A DNA stretch of 20,000 nucleotides from the NCBI GenBank assembly GCA_015233495.1, contig JADFXQ010000004.1, positions 49,227 to 69,226 of the forward strand, given 5' to 3'. The notes under the pieces were generated by a model, which was not told the origin of the DNA, searched no databases, and saw only the letters and a list, made by a program, of their open reading frames with translations. Position numbers and translations under genes: made by a program. How positions within the stretch are numbered: the stretch's first letter is position 1; each line of letters starts with the position of its first letter. Positions 15,348 through 20,000 of this stretch are shown here, one piece after another. This DNA comes from Candidatus Omnitrophota bacterium. Its GTDB lineage: Bacteria; Omnitrophota; Gorgyraeia; Zapsychrales; Zapsychraceae.

Positions 15348-17762
15348 ATGAACAAATACATATGCGTTCACGGCCATTTTTATCAACCTCCCCGCGAAAA
15401 TCCCTGGCTGGAAGAAATTGAGATCCAAGATTCTGCATTCCCCTACAATGATTGGAACGAACGCATTACCGCGGAGTGTTATTATCCGAACAGCGCGTCG
15501 CGAGTGTTGGACGATCAGGGACGTATCCGGGCGATAATGAACAATTACGGCCGGATGAGTTTCAATTTCGGTCCGACTTTGTTGTCGTGGCTAAAGCGCA
15601 AATCTCCGGAAGTGTATCAAGCGGTTTTGGACGCGGACGGAGAAAGTCAAGCGCGCTTTTCCGGACATGGCGCGGCAATCGCCCAAGTTTATAATCACAT
15701 TATAATGCCTTTGGCCAATGACCGGGACAAACGGACCCAGGTGATTTGGGGGATCAAAGATTTTGAGCATCGGTTTCACCGTTTTCCCGAAGGGATGTGG
15801 CTCGCGGAAACCGCGGTGGATACGGCGACGCTGGAAATTTTAGCGGAGTATGGTATCCGGTTTACCATTTTGAGTCCTTATCAAGCCCGACGGGTTAAGT
15901 TTTCGTCTGCCTCCGATTGGCAGGATGTGTCCGGGGGCAGGGTTGATCCGAAAAAACCTTATTGGATAAGTTTGCCTTCCGGCCGGAAAATCGCGGTCTT
16001 TTTTTATGACGGCGGATTAGCAATGGAAACCGCTTTCGGGGATTTGCTTAAAGACGGGAACCGGTTTACCCATAAAATTTTGTCGGCATTTTCGCCGGAA
16101 CATTCCCCGCAGTTGGTCCATATCGCGACGGATGGCGAGACTTACGGGCATCATCATAAGTTCGGGAATATGGCGTTATCGTTTCTTTTGCAAAATCATC
16201 AGATCAAGCCTACGGTATACGCGGAATTGTTGGAACGTTTTCCGCCCCAGGCGCAAGTCGAGATTCATGAAAATTCATCCTGGAGCTGCGGCCACGGCAT
16301 TGAACGCTGGCGCTCCGACTGCGGGTGCCGGATCGGGGGCCCGACCAAGGTTAATCAACAATGGCGCGCCCATTTGCGTCAGGCCATGGATGGTTTGCGC
16401 GATCAATTAAGCGGGATCTATGAAAAGGAAATGACCGGGCTTCTGCCGGATCCGTGGAAATTCCGGGACGATTATATCGCATTGATTCTCAATCGCGAGG
16501 AACGTTACGCTCAGGAATTTTTACAGACCGCTGCCGGTCGGAGAATATCTCCGGAAGAAAAGGTCAAAATATTGCGCCTGGCGGAAATGCAGCGCCACGC
16601 CTTGCTCATGTATACCAGCTGCGGCTGGTTTTTCGACGATATTTCCGGTATAGAGCCGGCGCAGATCATGCAATACGCCGGCCGGGCGATCCAGATCGCC
16701 CGCGAGATTTCCGGGCAGGATTTGGAAGAGCCGTATTTAACCATTTTGTCCCGCGCCAAAAGCAATAATCTTCAGATGGAAGACGGCCGGAAAATTTATG
16801 AGGCTTATGTAAAACCGGCAATGATTGATTTGGTCAATGTCGGCGTGCACTACGCGATTTCTTCGCTGTTTCAAAAATATCCCCGGGTCGCGAAAATTTA
16901 CGCTTACACGGTCAAAAATGAAATTTATCATAAAGTGGAATTCGGAAGGCAATGTTTGCTGATCGGCAAGGCCAGGGTCAAATCCGAGATTACCCATCAT
17001 GAGCTGGCCGTGGATTTTGCGGTTTTGCATTTCGGGGATTATAATTTGAGCGCCGGCGGCCGGCTGCACGGACCGGACACGGCGTTTGAAGACATGAGAC
17101 GCAAGCTGGAGTTGCTTTTTCGCAAAAACAATATTCCGGGTTTGGTCCACGCGATCAACCAGAGCTTTGGCGAAAAAAGTTATTCTTTATGGGATCTGTT
17201 CAAAAACGAACAAGGCAAAGCGGTAGAACATATTTTTGAATATACGCTTAAGGATATTGAATCGAAGTTCCGCGAAATTTATAACCAATATTATCCTTTG
17301 ATGCAGGTGCAACGCAATATTCGGATGTCCCTGCCCAAGGCGTTAGCCGTAACTGTGGAATTTGTCCTAGTGCGGGACTTGTGCGACCTTTTGGAAAAAG
17401 AAACAGAGAATGTCGAACGGCTTACAGTTTTGGTCGCGGAAATGAACCGCTGGGGATTCACCCGGGATAAAGACCGGATTTCTTTGATCGCTACCCGGCG
17501 TTTGGATGCGATGATGCGACGGTTATTTGATTCGTTTGGCGATGTGGTTTTATTGGAAACGATCACGGCATATATGCGGATTTTGAGCGGTCTCAAATTG
17601 GATTGGGACTTATGGCGGCCGCAAGAAACCTATTTCAAAATCGGAAAAAAATTGTATCATATCATGAAGGAAAAAGAAAAATATCAAGACGAGACGGTGA
17701 TCCGTTGGTTAAAAGCGTTTGACCAGTTAGGGGGGCTGCTCCATGTTCGAATTTGTCCGTAA
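15348..17762 (+). CDS. GH57 family glycoside hydrolase with DUF3536 domain
   Basis: HGHFYQPPRENPW, WLAETAVD, ATDGETYGHH, WSCGHGIERW, MYTSCGWFFDD; ATG 15348 just after the glgB stop is preferred over GTG 15324. Confidence 0.9.
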   Translation: MNKYICVHGHFYQPPRENPWLEEIEIQDSAFPYNDWNERITAECYYPNSASRVLDDQGRIRAIMNNYGRMSFNFGPTLLSWLKRKSPEVYQAVLDADGESQARFSGHGAAIAQVYNHIIMPLANDRDKRTQVIWGIKDFEHRFHRFPEGMWLAETAVDTATLEILAEYGIRFTILSPYQARRVKFSSASDWQDVSGGRVDPKKPYWISLPSGRKIAVFFYDGGLAMETAFGDLLKDGNRFTHKILSAFSPEHSPQLVHIATDGETYGHHHKFGNMALSFLLQNHQIKPTVYAELLERFPPQAQVEIHENSSWSCGHGIERWRSDCGCRIGGPTKVNQQWRAHLRQAMDGLRDQLSGIYEKEMTGLLPDPWKFRDDYIALILNREERYAQEFLQTAAGRRISPEEKVKILRLAEMQRHALLMYTSCGWFFDDISGIEPAQIMQYAGRAIQIAREISGQDLEEPYLTILSRAKSNNLQMEDGRKIYEAYVKPAMIDLVNVGVHYAISSLFQKYPRVAKIYAYTVKNEIYHKVEFGRQCLLIGKARVKSEITHHELAVDFAVLHFGDYNLSAGGRLHGPDTAFEDMRRKLELLFRKNNIPGLVHAINQSFGEKSYSLWDLFKNEQGKAVEHIFEYTLKDIESKFREIYNQYYPLMQVQRNIRMSLPKALAVTVEFVLVRDLCDLLEKETENVERLTVLVAEMNRWGFTRDKDRISLIATRRLDAMMRRLFDSFGDVVLLETITAYMRILSGLKLDWDLWRPQETYFKIGKKLYHIMKEKEKYQDETVIRWLKAFDQLGGLLHVRICP

Positions 17763-19293
17763 AATGTTCGCGTCCGACCCGGAAACCTCGAAGGACCGAC
17801 GCAGCGGAATTCTTCTGCATTTGAGTTCTTTGCCTTCTGCTTTCGGGATCGGCGATGCCGGACCGGCAGCGTATCGTTTCGTGGATTTTTGTTATAAAGC
17901 GGGGCAGACGTATTGGCAGATTTTGCCGCTTAATCCGGTGGTCCAAGGTTTTGGCAACTCGCCGTATAGCAGTATTTCGGCTTTTGCCGCGGATCCGCTT
18001 TTTATCAGCCCGGAATGTTTGATTCGCGAAGGACTGTGCGTTGCCGCGGATTTGCATCGCTGCCGTTCGGGTGAACAGCATCCCGAACGCACGGATTATG
18101 AAGCGGTTCGGGCTTTGAAAATGCCTTTATTGCAAAGCGCGTTTCAACAATTTAAAAACGCCTCCCGCTTTGAACATGATTATGCCGTGTTTTGTAAAGA
18201 AGAGAATGCCTGGCTCGATGATTTCGCGTTGTTTATTGTATTGCGGGCGCATTTTAAAGAACAATCCTGGACAGCCTGGACTCCGGATATTCGCCATCGT
18301 TTGCCGGTCGCGGTCGCGAAATATCGCGCAGCATTCGCGGAGGAAATTTATTTCCAGAAATTTTTACAATTCATTTTTCATCGGCAGTGGAAAGAGCTGA
18401 AAGAATACGCTCGTCATAAAAATGTAAAAATTATCGGGGACATTCCGATTTACGTCAGTTTGGATAGTGTGGATGTTTGGTCAAATCCGAGTATGTTTCA
18501 ATTGGACGCTGAAGGTCAGCCGTTATGCGTCGCGGGCGTTCCGCCGGATTATTTCAGTCAAACCGGCCAGCGTTGGGGGAATCCGGTTTACAACTGGACG
18601 TATTTGAAAGATAATCATTTTGCTTGGTGGGTCGACCGGCTGCGGCATAATTTTCGATTATATGACGTAGCGCGGATAGATCATTTCCGCGGATTAGTGG
18701 GTTATTGGGCTATACCCGCCGCGGAGCCAACCGCGGTCAATGGCCAGTGGGAACCAGTGCCTTATGAGGATTTTTTTCAAACTCTCACCCAAATATTTTC
18801 CCGGCCGCCGATTATTGCCGAAGACTTGGGTATTCTAACCGATGACGTTAAAGAAGTGATGGCCCGTTATCATTTCCCTGGAATGCGTATTTTGTTATTT
18901 GCTTTTAGCGGCGATCAAGAAACGCATCCGTATTTACCGCATAATTATGTGCGGAATTGTGTTGTCTATACGGGAACGCATGATAATAATACAGTGCGCG
19001 GCTGGTTTGAAAATGAAGCGTCGCCGGAAGAAATCCGTAATCTGAACGCTTATTTAAAACGCGAAGTCACTTGCCTTGAGGTTCCGTGGCTGTTGATCCG
19101 TTTGGCCATGAATTCACGAGCGCGGTTAAGTCTTTTTCCTCTGCAAGATATTTTGGGTTTGGGCAAAGCAAACCGGATGAACACGCCAGCCACTACCCAA
19201 GGCAATTGGCAGTGGCGGTTTTTAGAAAATCAATTAACCGACGATATCACGGTCAAGCTGCGAGAATTGACGCATAAGGCACAGCGGTGTTAA
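17743..19293 (+). CDS. malQ: 4-alpha-glucanotransferase (amylomaltase, GH77)
   Basis: GILLHLSSLPS, WQILPL, GDIPIYV, GVPPDYFS, GQRWGNP, RIDHFRG, IIAEDLG, YTGTHDN. Confidence 0.96.
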   Translation: MFEFVRKMFASDPETSKDRRSGILLHLSSLPSAFGIGDAGPAAYRFVDFCYKAGQTYWQILPLNPVVQGFGNSPYSSISAFAADPLFISPECLIREGLCVAADLHRCRSGEQHPERTDYEAVRALKMPLLQSAFQQFKNASRFEHDYAVFCKEENAWLDDFALFIVLRAHFKEQSWTAWTPDIRHRLPVAVAKYRAAFAEEIYFQKFLQFIFHRQWKELKEYARHKNVKIIGDIPIYVSLDSVDVWSNPSMFQLDAEGQPLCVAGVPPDYFSQTGQRWGNPVYNWTYLKDNHFAWWVDRLRHNFRLYDVARIDHFRGLVGYWAIPAAEPTAVNGQWEPVPYEDFFQTLTQIFSRPPIIAEDLGILTDDVKEVMARYHFPGMRILLFAFSGDQETHPYLPHNYVRNCVVYTGTHDNNTVRGWFENEASPEEIRNLNAYLKREVTCLEVPWLLIRLAMNSRARLSLFPLQDILGLGKANRMNTPATTQGNWQWRFLENQLTDDITVKLRELTHKAQRC

Positions 19294-19362
19294 GTCCGGC
19301 GCGGTAAACAACGGAATGATATCGAAAGCGACAAGGCCCGGTAAGCGGTTGGGGAGGGAGCG

Positions 19363-19923
19363 GTGGTTGAAAGAGCGCTCAAAGCGATGTTTTGCGCTGT
19401 CTTTGTCTTAGGCGCGGGTCTGTGCGGGTGTGGTTTTTTTAGAAGCCAACGGGTTGCGGCCTCCGCGCCGGCGCTTTCGATTCAGTACGGGCGTATTTTG
19501 GAAAAAGAGGTTTGGCTGGCGGGCGGGAAAATCGGAATTGTTCCGTTTCGCCCGGGAGACAATGTTGAGGATTATGAGCGTAGTCGTCACGCGGCTTTAA
19601 TGATGGTCAAAGGTTTGGCAGAAACAGTCACCGCGGTGAGTAATAAATTCAAGATGGTTTACGCCGATAAATCGGCGGAAGCGGATTTTGTCATCAACGG
19701 GCATATTACGGATTTCGCCAAGAATACCTGGTGGCAGCGATGGGGACTGCGGCCGGTAGAAATACGGATTCGCGTTGAGGGGGATATGACAGACCGGCGC
19801 ACGGGTGAAAAAGTTTTGCTTTTTGCCGAGCAAAAAACCTTTCGGGAAAAAGGTATGTCCGAAGATGACGTGACCTACATTATAGGCGAGAATATCGGAC
19901 GTTTCATCGCCAAAGGACGATAG
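19363..19923 (+). CDS. Putative lipoprotein of unknown function
   Basis: GTG start after GGGAGGGAG; hydrophobic N-terminus with lipobox-like LCG|C; alpha/beta pattern IGIVPF...ADFVINGHI. Confidence 0.7.
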   Translation: MVERALKAMFCAVFVLGAGLCGCGFFRSQRVAASAPALSIQYGRILEKEVWLAGGKIGIVPFRPGDNVEDYERSRHAALMMVKGLAETVTAVSNKFKMVYADKSAEADFVINGHITDFAKNTWWQRWGLRPVEIRIRVEGDMTDRRTGEKVLLFAEQKTFREKGMSEDDVTYIIGENIGRFIAKGR

Positions 19924-19932
19924 AGGAAAAAT

Positions 19933-20000
19933 ATGATTGTTGTTACGGGAGCTGCGGGGTTCATTGGCAGTTGCATTGTCGCCCGCTTAAACGAATTGGG
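19933..20000 (+). CDS. hldD: ADP-L-glycero-D-manno-heptose 6-epimerase (partial, runs off the window)
   Basis: Not in the ORF track; RBS GAGGA then MIVVTGAAGFIGSCIVARLNEL, close to the HldD/RfaD N-terminus; only 22 codons visible. Confidence 0.75.
   Translation, partial: MIVVTGAAGFIGSCIVARLNEL

Noticed and set aside
6419..19833. Numerous 60-170 aa ORFs overlapping the housekeeping genes
   Set aside because: They overlap well-supported genes in other frames or strands and have no recognisable motifs

Overview
Bacterial genomic DNA, mostly + strand housekeeping genes: a Nudix hydrolase, class II fructose-bisphosphate aldolase, a GYD-domain protein, gpmI, an ArnT/PMT-type glycosyltransferase, prmA, thyA-folA, a REC-EAL regulator, a glgB / GH57 / malQ alpha-glucan cluster, a lipoprotein and the start of hldD. 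The standout is a minus-strand island at 2029-5059 with two type IV prepilin genes. One is a 180 aa pilin with a 10-Cys tail. The other is a giant pilin of about 820 aa in which the pilin head is fused to Thr/Ser/Gly/Asn mucin-like stalks and seven small Cys-rich modules (66 Cys by hand count). That gene is broken by a single frameshift exactly at a TAA (3915-3918), which the ORF track shows as two ORFs. Non-coding signals include a perfect 20-bp palindrome before fba, back-to-back TATAAT boxes between the pilins and a divergent secreted protein, probable leaderless genes, and a structured leader before gpmI. No rRNA, tRNA, CRISPR array or mobile element was recognised. A PVC/Omnitrophota-like origin is only a guess.
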